Assembly (NCBI GenBank): GCA_965215275.1
Contig: OZ244044.1
Span: 1,024,001 to 1,088,000, forward strand
Reading direction: 5' to 3'
Origin: Thermodesulfobacteriota bacterium
GTDB taxonomy: Bacteria > Desulfobacterota_D > UBA1144 > Nemesobacterales > JAJCZQ01
Length of the DNA: 64,000 nt
The notes beneath the pieces are model-generated. The model did not search any database, was not told the origin of the DNA, and saw only the letters and a list, made by a program, of their open reading frames with translations. Below, in pieces: positions 63,459 through 64,000 of this stretch (the stretch's first letter is position 1; each line of letters begins with the position of its first letter). The position numbers were made by a program, and so were the translations under genes.

Positions 63459-64000
63459 TTAATTAGTTGGACAGGATGATCGACGCTCAGCAAATACAAC
63501 ACCAACAGCAGAACCTTCTAAACCATCCTCCAAGGTAATACTGTCTTCAAATGCCCCTCCCTAGGTACCTGCAAGGTATCCACCATTACTTCCAAAGAAC
63601 TGAGCTCCCCAATTCCCGGTAGCATTTGACCTAGTTCCTGGAATGTTTTCTATAGCAGTAGTTCCAGAATAAAGCAATTCGTTTCCACCTGATCCCGCTG
63701 TAGCTTGCTCAAGAATTACCCTAACTGTAGTTTGACCAGGAATTCCTTCTATACCGGTAATTAAACCACGTATAGTTCCATCATCTGCTAGGGTCAAAAC
63801 AGCCACTCCTTCCAGTCTTATATGATGAGAAGTCACTCCATTTGCACTAACGGTATAATATACTATAGCATCACCTGTATAACACGTGTCTGCATTTACA
63901 CTTGGAATATCTGTCTGTGGAGTTTCACTTTCAGTTAATTCATCTACAGCCATTCCCCAGACCTCGCCATAAGTCCATATACCAAATACTAATCGGTCGC
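63459..64000 (-). pseudogene. C-terminal part of a TbpB-like beta-barrel surface lipoprotein with an internal TAG; 5' end lies outside the window
   Basis: Frame open from the window edge (FGIWTYG..., TCYTGDA, GNWGAQFFG, LAGT*). After TAG 63561-63563 it continues GGAFEDS...SAVGVVFAERRSSCPTN*. Confidence 0.55.

Noticed and set aside
63561..63563. Pyrrolysine or stop-codon recoding of the TAG
   Set aside because: TAG serves as a normal stop in other genes here (e.g. trpE, res), and no pyl genes are in the window. A nonsense mutation is simpler.

Overview
Bacterial chromosomal window. The housekeeping gene set looks deltaproteobacterial-like and may come from a host-associated lineage such as Ca. 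Dadabacteria, but that is only an impression. The backbone carries ppiD-like, smc, secA, a PMM/PGM, trpE/trpG, two CaiC-like CoA ligases, tadA, rpmH-rnpA-yidD-yidC-jag, oadGAB, miaB, amtB, tRNA-Ala(CGC), tRNA-Arg(TCT), phoH, purA-hisZ-serA, tatC and redox enzymes. Four features of the accessory DNA stand out. (1) A catalytically intact tnpB with no transposase lies between 25-bp terminal inverted repeats (24/25 match) with an imperfect 8-bp flanking duplication, so it has DDE-type ends rather than IS200/IS605 ends. (2) Related GGRNNYTATA-type inverted repeats with 8-9 bp target duplications also bracket surface-protein genes, which points to a family of non-autonomous cargo cassettes. (3) The cargo is three paralogous subtilase + P-domain + Ig-repeat proteins with substituted catalytic triads, a Gly-rich-Cys/TM/basic C-terminal sorting signal, exchanged central Ig arrays and poly-C tracts in the signal-peptide region; one is in frame and two are out of frame. 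(4) All nine G/C runs of 9 nt or more that I found are in accessory loci (these three genes, a type III mod gene, a TPR gene and a promoter spacer), which suggests phase variation, although homopolymer sequencing error is not excluded.
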